Shown: in pieces, positions 42,420 to 53,633 of the stretch
Layout: the number at the start of each line of letters is the position of its first letter
Position numbering within the stretch: position 1 is the first letter of the stretch
Source: Calditrichia bacterium
GTDB taxonomy: Bacteria > Calditrichota > Calditrichia > JAJRVZ01
Length of the DNA stretch: 64,000 nucleotides
NCBI GenBank assembly: GCA_963796965.1
Contig: CAWCNS010000005.1
Coordinates: 480,001 to 544,000 of the forward strand
Direction of reading: 5' to 3'
Program-made: the position numbers and the translations under genes
Notes under the pieces: generated by a model
What the model was told of the DNA's origin: nothing
The model's input: the letters and a program-made list of their open reading frames with translations, nothing else
Database searches by the model: none

Positions 42420-43387
42420 ATGGAGCAACATAATGAGACAAAACATTATTACAAAATATCGCCTATCTTGTTATTATCGCTGCAGGAATGAAAGCGGCCG
42501 CTCCAATCATAAATACCATTTTGTTGCATTATTATTGGCCATCAGCGTCATGCCCATCGTTATGTGGTTAATGAAAAAAGGAGTGCCTAAAGCACTGTAA
42601 CATTGCTAATTATAATCTTGCCACTTAATAATTTTGACTTTGTTGATGGGTTCAATTTTAAGTGTGGCGGTTATCGGCATTGCCGACAATATACCGCAAT
42701 ATGAAAATCAACTCAGCATAATGAAAACAGATATACATTCACACCATATCCAGATTCGGTATAAATATTAGCGATACATTTTCCCGCAGGGCTTTGAACC
42801 AAAGCAAATCATAGGAAGTCGCAAAGGCTTTTGTAGGTGGGATTATCTCTACTTTTAGTGATTTTACAATTGTATTTCTATTGATAGTGTTTCTTTTAAT
42901 TGACCTTACCGATATACGCTATCGCATCCACCGCGGTGAAAAAAATATCAGTCAGAGGATGAAAAAAATTATCTGAATTCGCTGAAGAAATTCGAAAATA
43001 TATATCAATTTCTGCCTTTACAGGTTTTCTAACAGCCGTAGGAAATCTAATTTTAATACTCATAATAGGAGTTGATTTTGCCTTCTTTGGGCCTTTCTTT
43101 CCTTTTTGTTTAGTTTTATCCCCAATATAGGATTTTTGCTCAGCGTGATTGCACCGGCCTTTTTAGCCTTGGTAGAATTTGGCCCAACACAAGCGCTTAT
43201 TGTTATTGTTGGCTTTGTTGTCATCAATGGTATCGTTGAAAATATCATTAAACCCAAATATATGGGAGATGAACTCGATCTTTCACTTTTTGTTATATTT
43301 GTCTCATTAATTTTCTGGACTTGGATACTGGGAGGGATGGGAGCAATTTTAGCAATACCGTTGACAATTTCTGTCATGAAAGCATGA
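42420..43387 (+). pseudogene. AI-2E family transporter, many frameshifts and truncated 3' end
   Basis: FIPNIG, ENIIKPKYMG..LDLS, FWTWILG..GAILAIPLT; upstream fragments (AAGMKAAAPII..) in several frames. Confidence 0.75.
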
Positions 43388-43590
43388 GGAGATAGTGTTT
43401 GCGGATCAGGATGATTGAGTTTGAAATTTATAGTAACAAATTCTTCCTCATTAACTTTAATCATCACCTGTTTGCCAATAAAATCATCGCCAAATTGATC
43501 TACAAATACCGGCCACACCATATCCTGTTGAGCGAGGCTTAATCCGCAAAAACAAAATATAATAAGGATAAGTATTATCAACTTGTACAT
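43388..43590 (-). pseudogene. 5' part of a secreted protein, apparently truncated
   Basis: GGAGG RBS and signal peptide MYKLIILIL...SLA-QQ; beyond about 68 codons it reads antisense into the AI-2E gene. Confidence 0.5.
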
Positions 43591-43814
43591 TCTTCCTCCA
43601 ATAGAATAACGGTAATTTGGAAATTAGAGATTTGTAAGAATTTAAACAACTGCATTCGGTAGATTGCAAGATAAATAAAGAAAATACTTTACGCAATAGG
43701 TCGCTTACCATGGATATAGGTATTCTCGATTCAAATATATATAAAATCTTAAATATTTTTTAATATTTAATACCTTAGGTGGCTCTGAAAAAATCTATAA
43801 AACCAGAATATTCT

Positions 43815-45455
43815 CTACAGATTTTCTTTTCTTACTTCTTCCTTTATTCGTTGAATATGTCCCCGGCCAAGTCCCTTAACCTCGCATCCCAATTGGAAAT
43901 AACGTTTAATTTGGTCATCATTCAATATGCCGAAGCAATCAACTATCGCGACTGGTTGACCAATTGATTGAACAACCTCATTTGGATCCAACGCGAGATA
44001 GGCTTCATGGCGAACAGATAGCACAACGGCCTCAACATCTTTAAGTGCTTTTTTTAAATCGTTTTCAATTCTAATTTCTTTTAACTTTTGCTGATTACGA
44101 AAAAAACGGGCTTTGCTTTGACCTACAGCAGGATATGTATCCTGTTGTTCAAATTCCCACCAATGTTCTACATAGGGATCATGAACACGAATTTCAGCCC
44201 CCATCTCAGCCAGTTTACGAATAAGGATTTCCGAGCCACTATAACGTGTGTCTCCCACATCTTCGCGGTAAGCGGCACCAAGCACCAGGACATCCGATGC
44301 GGCAATAGGTAATCCCATATTACGTAACGCATCCCTGGTTATTACAGCGGCGTGTATGCCTCGCGTATCATTAATATCAATTGCTTGTGGTGTTATTTTA
44401 AAAATATCATCCTCAAAGCCAAGGATATGCTTATAAGCCCAAACACCTAATCCCCCATCTTTCGGTAAACAATAACCACCAATACCGGGCCCTGGAAAAA
44501 TGAGATTGCTATGGGTAGGCCTCATTTTTATTGCATTGATGACTTTAATCAAATCAACACCGTTGCGTTCAGCGTAAAGGCTCCACTCATCCAGAAAGGC
44601 CAGTATAGTTGCACGAAAACTATTTTCAACAATTTTTGCTGTTTCTGACTCAATTGGCCGGTCCATTACAGTAAGAGGATATTCCTCAGTATTGAGCACT
44701 TCATTAAGAAATTTTACGACACGCATTTTTGACTTGTCATTAATTCCACTACATACCCGCCAAAAATCTCTGATACTGGCCACATAATTCCTTCCGGGCA
44801 TAACACGTTCGTAGCTATGGGCCAATAATGGATCTGACGTTATCTTACGTTTTTTAAATATCTTTTTTATTATAGGATAGGCTACCTGCTCGGTCGTACC
44901 TGGTGCTACCGTTGTTTCAATCAGCACCAAAGCATCTGGAGGAATATTCTCCGCGATCACAGCAATCGAACTTTCCAGCGCAGCCATATCGGTATGTCCA
45001 TTTCGAACATTACCTAATTCTTCTTTTATATAATCACATTGTACATCAACAACAACCACATCTGCAAGAGACAGAACCTCATAGGTATAGGTAGCAATCA
45101 GTGTTTTTTTCTGATTGACACAACGATCGATCATTGGATCAACTTCAGGATCTTCTGCTTTTACAGGAGATATCCCCCGGTTTAACAAAGGGATTTTCCA
45201 AAAACTTCTCACACTCGGGCGCTGCATGCCTATTACAAATTTCGAGGGTTGATCATTCTCATCAACCGTATCGGCAACAATAGCAGCCATTACCGCACCT
45301 ACAAAACCAACACCCATAACTACAACTATTTCACGGCCTTTTGCCCGCTCCTCATTAACCCTCTTTTTAAGGGTATTAAATTCTACGACATAATCATCAG
45401 GCTTGGGAAGATCGAATTGTTCTCCGGCCGGACTTACAGAATATTGAACTTGCAT
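43815..45455 (-). CDS. Nucleotide-sugar dehydrogenase (UDP-glucose/GDP-mannose DH family)
   Basis: GVGFVG, ETTVAPGTT, ERVMPG, GIGGYCLPKD; ATG at 45455 with GGAGG RBS. Confidence 0.9.
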   Translation of the reverse strand: MQVQYSVSPAGEQFDLPKPDDYVVEFNTLKKRVNEERAKGREIVVVMGVGFVGAVMAAIVADTVDENDQPSKFVIGMQRPSVRSFWKIPLLNRGISPVKAEDPEVDPMIDRCVNQKKTLIATYTYEVLSLADVVVVDVQCDYIKEELGNVRNGHTDMAALESSIAVIAENIPPDALVLIETTVAPGTTEQVAYPIIKKIFKKRKITSDPLLAHSYERVMPGRNYVASIRDFWRVCSGINDKSKMRVVKFLNEVLNTEEYPLTVMDRPIESETAKIVENSFRATILAFLDEWSLYAERNGVDLIKVINAIKMRPTHSNLIFPGPGIGGYCLPKDGGLGVWAYKHILGFEDDIFKITPQAIDINDTRGIHAAVITRDALRNMGLPIAASDVLVLGAAYREDVGDTRYSGSEILIRKLAEMGAEIRVHDPYVEHWWEFEQQDTYPAVGQSKARFFRNQQKLKEIRIENDLKKALKDVEAVVLSVRHEAYLALDPNEVVQSIGQPVAIVDCFGILNDDQIKRYFQLGCEVKGLGRGHIQRIKEEVRKENL

Positions 45456-46025
45456 AAAACCTCCGAATTTTAGCATTAAATATAAAAGTGATCTAACCTC
45501 ATCAATTTATTAGGCTGCAAATGGCGGCTCCGATGGCATTCTTCGGATATACAAAAATCAACATGTCACCCCTGACGCGATTCCTTTATATATCTTCGTG
45601 AAATGAATAGATCTTAACAGAAAGTAAATATTTGTTAATCCCACAGAACTGGACATTAGAAAATCTGAGAATTGATAAATTCTGCTTAAACGCTGCATTC
45701 ACCGCTTAATTTTTAACAATCGATATTAATTTATTGAGCAAAAGAATAGGCTATAATCAGGAGAGATAAACAAACTCAAATTAAATACCAGCATGTAAAT
45801 TAGCAAGGGTATAGTTCATAATTTATGACACCCTGCCCTACTCCTGATTGAGAGGTGAGTCTCACTAGTCAATTGAGGATAAAAGTCGATAATAATTTTT
45901 ATTGTTTTTCCACCCGTCAATTCCTATTTTTTAATAACGATTATCCTCTCGATAACAATCAGTGATTCTGTTTTTAATTAAAATCTTATTAAACATAAAT
46001 TTTTATATATGAAAAGGATCGGATT

Positions 46026-46502
46026 ATGGAAACAAATATTCCCTTCATCCTGAATACTAAACGTGTAGAGATTATGACTGATGAGAACCTGACATTACTG
46101 TGGATCTTACGCAGCCATTTTTTATTATGTGGAACAAAATATGGATGCGGAGAAGGATTTTGTGGCAGCTGTACCGTATTAATCGATAATAAGGCGGTTC
46201 GGTCCTGTCAGGTTTCAATAAAAGATATAGAAGGCAAGGAGGTAACAACTATCGAAGGATTATCACAGAATGGTAACCTCCACCCCTTGCAAAAAGCCTT
46301 TATCGAACATGATGCGTTGCAATGTGGATACTGTACGCCGGGAATGGTACTAAACGCAGCCGGTCTTTTGCTTAAAAATCCCCATCCATCTCGATCCGAA
46401 ATAATTGATGAGATGGATGACAACCTTTGCCGGTGCGGGTCCTATAACAGAATTATTGATGCAATAGAGTCGGCAGCAGCTGAAATGCGGGGAGACAATT
46501 AA
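46026..46502 (+). CDS. [2Fe-2S] small subunit of a molybdenum hydroxylase (IorA/CoxS-like)
   Basis: GTKYGCGEGFCGSC, QCGYCTPG, NLCRCG. Confidence 0.92.
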   Translation: METNIPFILNTKRVEIMTDENLTLLWILRSHFLLCGTKYGCGEGFCGSCTVLIDNKAVRSCQVSIKDIEGKEVTTIEGLSQNGNLHPLQKAFIEHDALQCGYCTPGMVLNAAGLLLKNPHPSRSEIIDEMDDNLCRCGSYNRIIDAIESAAAEMRGDN

Positions 46503-48644
46503 ATGGAAAAAGATAAATATTCAAGATATTTGGAAAACGAATCTGAATCTTCACTGACCGCGCTCGGTTTCAATCGACGGGAATTCCTGGAAATAACCAG
46601 TGCTGGTATATTTGTATTTTTTACTATAGGTAACGTCAAGGCAACTTTACAACGAAGAGGTGGCAGAGAATATCCCAGTAATTTTAATGCCTACCTGAAG
46701 ATTAATGAAGATGGCCGGGTATCATGCTTTAGCGGCAAGATAGAAATGGGTCAGGGAATCATTACCTCCCTGGCACAGATGCTGGCAGAGGAAATGGAAG
46801 TATCCTTAGACGCTATCGATATGATTATGGGGGATACGGCCTTATGCCCCTATGACAGTGGCACATTTGGCTCACGCAGCACAAAATATTTTGGTCCGCC
46901 ACTTAGAAAAGCAGCGGCACAGGCAAAAGCCGTTTTGCTACAATTGGCCTCTGAACAACTAAATCTACCGGTGAATCGGCTCCTTGTAAAAAATGGCCTA
47001 ATTCAGGATGCAGAAGGAAAAAAGAAGATCTCTTATGCCATGCTCGCCAGAGGGAAAAAGATTGAACGATATCTTCCGGATATTCCGATAAAACACTATT
47101 CCCAACACACAATATCCGGAAAACCAACACAACGCACCGATGCCCTAGAAAAAGTTACCGGTAAGGCTCAATTTTCCGGAGATATTCAATTAAAGGGAAT
47201 GTTATACGCCAAAATATGTCGACCTCCAGCCCATGGCGCAATCTTGAAAAGGGTTAACTCCTCAGTAGCCGAAAAAATAAAAGGAGTGAAATTTGTTCAT
47301 GATGGTCAACTGGTTGCTGCTTTGCACGAAAATCCTGAAGTAGCTGAAAAAGCCTTAAAAGCAATATCAGCTGAATTTAAGGAAAATAATCTGGCAATTA
47401 ACAACCAGAACATCTTCTCTCACCTGCAAAGTAAACCTTCCTACGGTGAAGTTATCGCAGAAGAAGGAAATATCGAGCAAGGAAAGAAACAATCGCAAAA
47501 CGTGATAAAGTCCACATTTTACAATCACTATGTAGCCCATGCGCCCATGGAACCGCACACTGTAGTTGCAGAAGTAATCGGTGAAAGGGCCAGGGTCTGG
47601 GCCTCAACGCAAACACCTTTCCGTGTTCAAAAAGCCGTTGCTGAAGAATTAGATATTCCCCTTGAAAAGGTACAGGTAATCACACCATTTCTGGGTGGAG
47701 GTTTTGGTGGAAAGAAAATTGGTTTATACATTTTGGAAGCTGTCCGTCTGGCAAAAATAACAGCCAGACCGGTGCAAGTGGCTTTGACCAGAAAGGAAGA
47801 ATTCTTTTATGATACATTCAGACCGGCTGCAGTCATAAAATTGTCATCCGGTATTGATTCAGAGGGTAAAATAAGATTTTGGGACTATGATAATTATTAT
47901 GCAGGATCGAGAAGTTCGCAACCAATTTACGATATCCTCAATTACAGGATCCAATCCCGCCGTCTAAAAAATGATGACGAAGATATTCATCCCTTTGATG
48001 TTGGTGCCTGGCGAGGTCCGGGAAGTAATACCAATGTGTTTGCCATGGAATCACAGACAGATATACTCGCAGAAGCTGCCGGGATGGATCCACTATCATT
48101 TCGTATGAAGAATTTAAGTGACCAGCGAATGATCAAAGTTCTGAAGGCGGCTGCTGAAAAATTCGGGTATGCTTTTTCAAAAGGACCCAGCGGAAAAGGG
48201 TTTGGCATCGCCTGTACAAATTATTTGAACACGTATGTAGCAACATTAGCACAGGTTGAAGTGGATGATAAAACTGGCAATGTACAGGTAATTAAAATGG
48301 TTTGTGCCCAGGATATGGGCGAAATTATCAATCCTCAGGGTGCTCAGTTGCAGATTGAAGGTGGCTTGACGATGGGATTGAGTGCTGTGTTGAGTGAAGA
48401 GATTCAATTTGAAGGCGGTAATATTCTGACTGAAAATTTTGGTGACTATGAGATTACCCGCTTTTCCCAGGCACCTGAGATTAATGTTGTTTTAATTGAT
48501 AATCCCGATCTGCCCCCCCAGGGTTGCGGCGAACCTGCTATTACAACAACCGGGGCCGTAATCGCCAATGCCATTTATGACGCATCGGGTGCACGGTTAC
48601 ACACACTTCCGATGACCCCAGAACGGATCCTCGCCGCGCTCTAA
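46503..48644 (+). CDS. Molybdopterin-binding subunit (IorB/xanthine DH family) with Tat-like signal
   Basis: NRREFL, EMGQG, HAPMEP, GGGFGGK, QIEGG, GCGEP. Confidence 0.9.
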   Translation: MEKDKYSRYLENESESSLTALGFNRREFLEITSAGIFVFFTIGNVKATLQRRGGREYPSNFNAYLKINEDGRVSCFSGKIEMGQGIITSLAQMLAEEMEVSLDAIDMIMGDTALCPYDSGTFGSRSTKYFGPPLRKAAAQAKAVLLQLASEQLNLPVNRLLVKNGLIQDAEGKKKISYAMLARGKKIERYLPDIPIKHYSQHTISGKPTQRTDALEKVTGKAQFSGDIQLKGMLYAKICRPPAHGAILKRVNSSVAEKIKGVKFVHDGQLVAALHENPEVAEKALKAISAEFKENNLAINNQNIFSHLQSKPSYGEVIAEEGNIEQGKKQSQNVIKSTFYNHYVAHAPMEPHTVVAEVIGERARVWASTQTPFRVQKAVAEELDIPLEKVQVITPFLGGGFGGKKIGLYILEAVRLAKITARPVQVALTRKEEFFYDTFRPAAVIKLSSGIDSEGKIRFWDYDNYYAGSRSSQPIYDILNYRIQSRRLKNDDEDIHPFDVGAWRGPGSNTNVFAMESQTDILAEAAGMDPLSFRMKNLSDQRMIKVLKAAAEKFGYAFSKGPSGKGFGIACTNYLNTYVATLAQVEVDDKTGNVQVIKMVCAQDMGEIINPQGAQLQIEGGLTMGLSAVLSEEIQFEGGNILTENFGDYEITRFSQAPEINVVLIDNPDLPPQGCGEPAITTTGAVIANAIYDASGARLHTLPMTPERILAAL

Positions 48645-48760
48645 ACTATCTTTTTATTAGATCCTGCAATTAGGGAATACGTATAAATTATATTCATTAT
48701 AGTTATTAATTAAGAGATTTAATCGGTAGTAAGTTGGTTCGTATAGTAGTTAAATATTTT

Positions 48761-49144
48761 CTATTTCTTGTTAGATTCGGTGAGCCATTCCATCGCGCTA
48801 TCTATGGTTTTGAAGATTTTGAATTGGAAGGGTAAACTGGTGAGTTCTGCAAAGGTCTCAGCCATTCTGGCAAGTCCAAATTGTAATGTTTTTACGACGA
48901 CAACCGCACATTTGCCTCGTCCTCTCTCAGAACCCAGGTTTGCGTCTCTTTCAATAAAACGTCTCATTCCCTGAATCGTCACCAGAGAGACATCGGCTTC
49001 CGACATATCCCATAATTCCAACCTTGTCGGATTGTCTGCATAGAATTCATCCTGCACCTCAAACATTTGCTCATCGGTGATAAGGCCTTTTGCAGTATGA
49101 ATTGTCAGATCTTGTTTTCGGTCTACTTTTGTTGATACGGGCAT
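48761..49144 (-). CDS. Hypothetical protein (SpoIIAA-like fold suspected)
   Basis: LWDMSEAD, AVVV..LQFGLARM, F....A..WL pattern. Confidence 0.6.
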   Translation of the reverse strand: MPVSTKVDRKQDLTIHTAKGLITDEQMFEVQDEFYADNPTRLELWDMSEADVSLVTIQGMRRFIERDANLGSERGRGKCAVVVVKTLQFGLARMAETFAELTSLPFQFKIFKTIDSAMEWLTESNKK

Positions 49145-49168
49145 AATCCTCAACTCCCCGAAAGAGAA

Positions 49169-49193
49169 GCGACGCGATGAATCGCACCGTCAC
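49169..49193. repeat. REP-like hairpin (family E)
   Basis: Reverse complement GTGACGGTGCGATTCATCGCGTCGC resembles 59535-59562. Confidence 0.55.
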
Positions 49194-49313
49194 TTTATTT
49201 TCATTTGTCTTTATTCTTTAAAACTAATTCAAATAACAGAATATTTCAGATCTGATATATACTATAGTCTACCCCATATAGCTGTAAATAATTATCAGAC
49301 AAAGCTAATTACT

Positions 49314-49329
49314 TGTGACCATTTTCGCA
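49314..49329. promoter_or_regulatory. Possible CRP-type site
   Basis: TGTGA-CCATTT-TCGCA, one mismatch to TGTGA-N6-TCACA. Confidence 0.35.
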
Positions 49330-49578
49330 AGAGATTTGTGATAATATGTGCAACACCTTTACATTATAGCACAGTAGATAAAGAGCTGATATCGTATGTA
49401 CACATGATCAGTGGACCAGGGTTAAAAACGACTGGAATGAAATTACTGAATTTCGTAGTTTTTATAAATTGAAGAGACTTGGCAAGGAGAACGAATATAG
49501 ATGTGTACGCATTTTCACTAATACCCTGGTGCTCCTCTTCTGGTGAGCGACGGCCTCTGACCATTCAAAAATCGTTTG

Positions 49579-49673
49579 AACCACGAAGTACACTCCCGAA
49601 GGGACTCCTTCGGAGGAAGAGCACGAAGAAAAAATACTAAAATAGACTTCGTGTCCTCCGTGCTCTTCGTGGT
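49579..49673. repeat. Palindromic element family B with a 21-nt insert in the left arm
   Basis: ACCACGAAG...CACGAAG / CTTCGTG...CTTCGTGGT arms; insert at 49594-49614. Confidence 0.85.
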
Positions 49674-49823
49674 AGATTTAAAGATTCACTGGTATTCAGA
49701 TTTATAATTCGATTCAATATTTTAACGTTAAGTAAAATCGTAAACGTTTTTAAGCATGTCCTACTCTAGGTAGGTTAAAGAAATCGTAGTGTAATACCCC
49801 GAACTTATAAAACTGGAGGGATT

Positions 49824-51314
49824 ATGGATCAATATGTTTTGGCACTCGACCAAGGTACAACCAGCTCACGAGCTATTTTGTTCGACCGTTCCGGAAGCAT
49901 AAAAAGTATCGCACAAAAGGAGTTTACACAGCATTTTCCAAAACCTGGTTGGGTTGAACATGATCCAAAGGAGATTTGGACAACGCAGTCTGCCGTTGCC
50001 ACCGAGGTCCTGAATAAAACGCGTATTGCACCTAAGGAAATCGCCGCCATCGGTATTACCAACCAGCGAGAAACCGCCGTTGTCTGGGACAGGCAAACGG
50101 GAGAACCCGTCTACCCTGCGATCGTCTGGCAAGATCGAAGGACCGCTGAATTTTGTGACGTGCTTAAAAATAAAAATCTTGCCTCTACCATTCAGGAGAA
50201 AACCGGGCTCGTTATTGATGCTTATTTTTCTGCAACGAAGGTGAAGTGGATTTTGGATAATGTCCCAGGTGCACGTACAAGGGCCGAACAAGGAGAACTC
50301 GCCTTTGGCACCGTCGACAGCTGGCTCGTTTGGAATCTCACAAAGGGCAAAAAACATGTAACTGATGTCACCAATGCGAGCAGAACGATGCTGTTTAATA
50401 TCCATACATTACAATGGGATACCGAGCTCCTCGACATCATGCAAATTCCAGACAGCATGCTCCCAGAGGTACACGCATCCAGTGAAATTTATGGGGAATC
50501 GGCAACGCTTTTTGCACACCCCATACCTATCAGTGGCATTGCAGGAGATCAACAGGCAGCCCTTTTTGGACAAATGTGTACCGAGCCTGGAATGTTAAAA
50601 AACACCTATGGAACGGGTTGTTTTCTTGTGCTAAATACAGGAAAAAGCCCTATTAAATCCAGCAATAATCTTCTGACGACTATCGCCTGGAAAATTGGGG
50701 ACTCAACAAATTACGCGCTGGAAGGGAGTATATTTGTTGCCGGGGCAGTTGTACAGTGGTTACGTGACGAGATTGGACTTATTAAAAATTCTGCGGAAAT
50801 TGAAGCGCTGGCAGGTTCTGTCGAAGACAATGGAGGCGTCTATCTTGTACCGGCCTTTGCCGGCCTCGGTGCACCCCATTGGGATCAATTCGCTCGTGGT
50901 ACCATTGTCGGCATCACGCGTGGGACCTCTGCTGGTCATTTGGCGCGTGCAGCGCTGGAAAGTATCAGTTTTCAAACGATGGATGTCGTTGAGGCGATGG
51001 AAGCGGATTCAGACATACCAACCTCCGAACTGAGAGTTGACGGTGGTGCAACGGTCAATCATATGCTTATGCAATTCCAATCGGATATTCTTAATACGCC
51101 ACTCGTTCGTCCGAAAGTTTCAGAAACAACGGCTCTTGGCGCTGCCTATCTGGCCGGATTGGCAGTTGGCTTTTGGAAAGATCTCAATGAGATTAAGGAC
51201 CAATGGCAAGTAGACCAGGTATTTAAACCCTCTATGGAGGATGATCGTAGAACTACGATGATTAAAACGTGGCACAATGCACTCGAACGTTCTCGAAACT
51301 GGCTTCAATCCTAA
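49824..51314 (+). CDS. glpK: Glycerol kinase
   Basis: [48 protein letters not shown]. Confidence 0.95.
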   Translation: MDQYVLALDQGTTSSRAILFDRSGSIKSIAQKEFTQHFPKPGWVEHDPKEIWTTQSAVATEVLNKTRIAPKEIAAIGITNQRETAVVWDRQTGEPVYPAIVWQDRRTAEFCDVLKNKNLASTIQEKTGLVIDAYFSATKVKWILDNVPGARTRAEQGELAFGTVDSWLVWNLTKGKKHVTDVTNASRTMLFNIHTLQWDTELLDIMQIPDSMLPEVHASSEIYGESATLFAHPIPISGIAGDQQAALFGQMCTEPGMLKNTYGTGCFLVLNTGKSPIKSSNNLLTTIAWKIGDSTNYALEGSIFVAGAVVQWLRDEIGLIKNSAEIEALAGSVEDNGGVYLVPAFAGLGAPHWDQFARGTIVGITRGTSAGHLARAALESISFQTMDVVEAMEADSDIPTSELRVDGGATVNHMLMQFQSDILNTPLVRPKVSETTALGAAYLAGLAVGFWKDLNEIKDQWQVDQVFKPSMEDDRRTTMIKTWHNALERSRNWLQS

Positions 51315-51333
51315 TAGTTGAGGAGGAAAGAAA

Positions 51334-52041
51334 ATGACCCTATTTTTAGGTGAGATTATTGGTACAGCATTATTAATTATTCTGGGTGACGGTGTGGTCG
51401 CAAACGTGGTCCTAAACAAAACCAAGGGAAGCGGCGGTGGCTGGATCGTAATTACATTTGGTTGGGGTCTTGCTGTATTTGTGGCCGTTTTCGTTGTTGG
51501 ACCGATAAGTGGGGCCCATATTAATCCTGCCGTCACGATAGGACTTGCCGCTGCCGGCAAGCTATCATGGTCTCTACTACCTATCTATATTAGTGGACAG
51601 ATGCTGGGTGCTGCGATCGGTGCTTTTCTCGTCTGGCTACACTACAGGCAACACATGGATATTACGGAAGATGCTGATCTCCAATTAGCCGTATTTTGTA
51701 CCACTCCACAGATTAGAAGTATTACAAACAACTTCATTTCAGAACTCCTCGGAACATTTATCCTCGTCTATGCGGTTTTACATATTTCAGCCCCGGACGT
51801 CGGTCTTGGTTCTCTTGACGCATTACCCGTGGGCTTTCTGGTGCTGGCCATAGGTTTGTCATTAGGTGGTACGACAGGATATGCCATCAATCCTGCCCGT
51901 GATCTGGCCCCACGGATAATGCATGCCCTCCTTCCCATAAAGGGCAAGCGCGATAGCGACTGGGGTTATGCCTGGGTTCCTATTGTTGGACCGGTTTTCG
52001 GTGGCTTACTCGCAGCGGTATTTTTCACATGGGTGCTTTGA
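51334..52041 (+). CDS. glpF: Glycerol uptake facilitator (MIP family)
   Basis: SGAHINPA and GYAINPARD motifs. Confidence 0.93.
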   Translation: MTLFLGEIIGTALLIILGDGVVANVVLNKTKGSGGGWIVITFGWGLAVFVAVFVVGPISGAHINPAVTIGLAAAGKLSWSLLPIYISGQMLGAAIGAFLVWLHYRQHMDITEDADLQLAVFCTTPQIRSITNNFISELLGTFILVYAVLHISAPDVGLGSLDALPVGFLVLAIGLSLGGTTGYAINPARDLAPRIMHALLPIKGKRDSDWGYAWVPIVGPVFGGLLAAVFFTWVL

Positions 52042-52140
52042 TAACAGACTGGAGTTTTGTGTTTGCTGTATATAACCAATAGAATACGATATTGATGCAT
52101 AAGGCTAGTCCAGAGGAGTCTTTAGAACAAACAAAAATAA

Positions 52141-52256
52141 TTATCCACGAATTATCCGACTTTGCCGGATCCCGTCATAGCCGGGTAGGCAGGCTGTGTC
52201 TGACACTAATATACACAGATTTTATTATTAGAAAAATTCGTGAAATTCGTGGATAA
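52141..52256. repeat. Palindromic element (family B variant) with GC-rich insert
   Basis: TTATCCACGAATT / AATTCGTGGATAA arms; about 50-nt insert containing GCCGGGTAGGCAGG. Confidence 0.75.
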
Positions 52257-52330
52257 AGTCTTACCAGTCTTCGAGTTTAGGCTGTTTTGTAAATTTACTA
52301 AATCGTTATCTGAAAATAAGGAGGAGTATA

Positions 52331-53365
52331 ATGGGAGGAATATTCAGATTTTCGTTTGGTCCATGGAACATTCATGAAGGTGGTGATCCCTTTGGACCTA
52401 TTGTTCGTGGATCGATACCATTCAATCGTAAACTTAGTCTATATAAGAAACTGGGTTTTGGTGCCGTCCAGTTCCATGATGATGATGCAGTTCCTGAAAT
52501 GAATAAGCTTTCAGCACAACAGATAGTCAAACGGGCAAAAGCAGTGAGACGAAGTCTTGAAAAACATGGATTGGTGGCTGAATTTGTAGCGCCACGACTC
52601 TGGGAGGATCCGCGTACTATTGATGGCGGATATACAAGCAACGAACTGAAATCACGTAAATATGCCATTGAGAGAAGCCTGAAGGCCATTGATATTGCCA
52701 AATCACTTGACACGGATCTTATTGTTTTGTGGCTCGCCCGTGAAGGTACGTATATCCGTGAAGCAAAGGATAGTAAGATTGCCAATGATCGGATTGTTGA
52801 AGCCATCAATAAAATGTTGGAATATGATCCGGATATTCGCATTGCCATTGAACCCAAACCAAACGAACCAATGGATCAGGCTTACCTGCCGACAACCGGT
52901 CATGCCCTGGCGATCGCGCATCTCACGTCAGATCCTTCTCGGGTTGGTGTCAATATCGAAAGTGCCCATGTTGTTTTGACTGGACTAGATCCATCCGACG
53001 AAATGGGATTTGCTCTCTCGCATCAGAAGCTGTGGACCGTGCATTTAAATGATCAAAATGGGTTAAAGTTTGATCAGGACAAGACCTTTGGGAGTGTGGA
53101 TCTGCGAAGGGCATTCAATCAGGTACGTATATTGGATCAATACGATTATGGTAGGAAGGGTGAATGGGTTGGATTAGATGTAAAAGCCATGCGAACCCAA
53201 AAGGCCTCAGTTGCCACTAAACATTTGTCCAACAGTCGTAAGATTTTTCAGATGTTACTGAAGATATCACGGAGTCTGGACCAGAAGAAAATGAATGACA
53301 TGATATCAGAACGTGACTATGAAGCGCTTGATATGTACATAGTAACCAGACTTATGGATTCGTAA
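52331..53365 (+). CDS. Xylose isomerase-family sugar isomerase
   Basis: FHDDD, WLAREG, IEPKPNEP, VNIESAH, FDQD. Confidence 0.85.
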   Translation: MGGIFRFSFGPWNIHEGGDPFGPIVRGSIPFNRKLSLYKKLGFGAVQFHDDDAVPEMNKLSAQQIVKRAKAVRRSLEKHGLVAEFVAPRLWEDPRTIDGGYTSNELKSRKYAIERSLKAIDIAKSLDTDLIVLWLAREGTYIREAKDSKIANDRIVEAINKMLEYDPDIRIAIEPKPNEPMDQAYLPTTGHALAIAHLTSDPSRVGVNIESAHVVLTGLDPSDEMGFALSHQKLWTVHLNDQNGLKFDQDKTFGSVDLRRAFNQVRILDQYDYGRKGEWVGLDVKAMRTQKASVATKHLSNSRKIFQMLLKISRSLDQKKMNDMISERDYEALDMYIVTRLMDS

Positions 53366-53390
53366 AAATAAAGAGGTGTTATATAACGTC

Positions 53391-53616
53391 TAAATACTAA
53401 GCACTAAATCCGAAATCCTAAATAATATCTAATCTCAAAATTTGTTAATTATAAAACACATACCTTAGAAAGTCATCCTCAAGGGATCTTCCTGCTCTAT
53501 GTAAAAAGATGCTTACAGCGTGACAAATGGGATATAAACCGGTTTAAAAATTCAAATTTTGTAATTATTTAGGATTTAGATATTGGTATTTAGTATTTAA
53601 TCTCTAACGGGAGCAC
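53391..53616. repeat. Family C palindrome with nested GTCAT element; direct repeat of 56233-56459
   Basis: TAAATACTAA/TTAGTATTTA arms, shared core AAGGGATCTTCCTG...GATGCTTACAGC, then CGGGAGCAC. Confidence 0.85.
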
Positions 53617-53633
53617 TGCCCCTAAAGGTAAAT

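Noticed and set aside
43060..43387. C-terminal part of the 176-aa minus-strand ORF
   Set aside because: It is the antisense reading of the AI-2E coding sequence
45510..45698. Minus-strand ORF with Cys-TGA (TC*FLY...) as a second selenoprotein
   Set aside because: No recognisable family, weak RBS and no convincing SECIS
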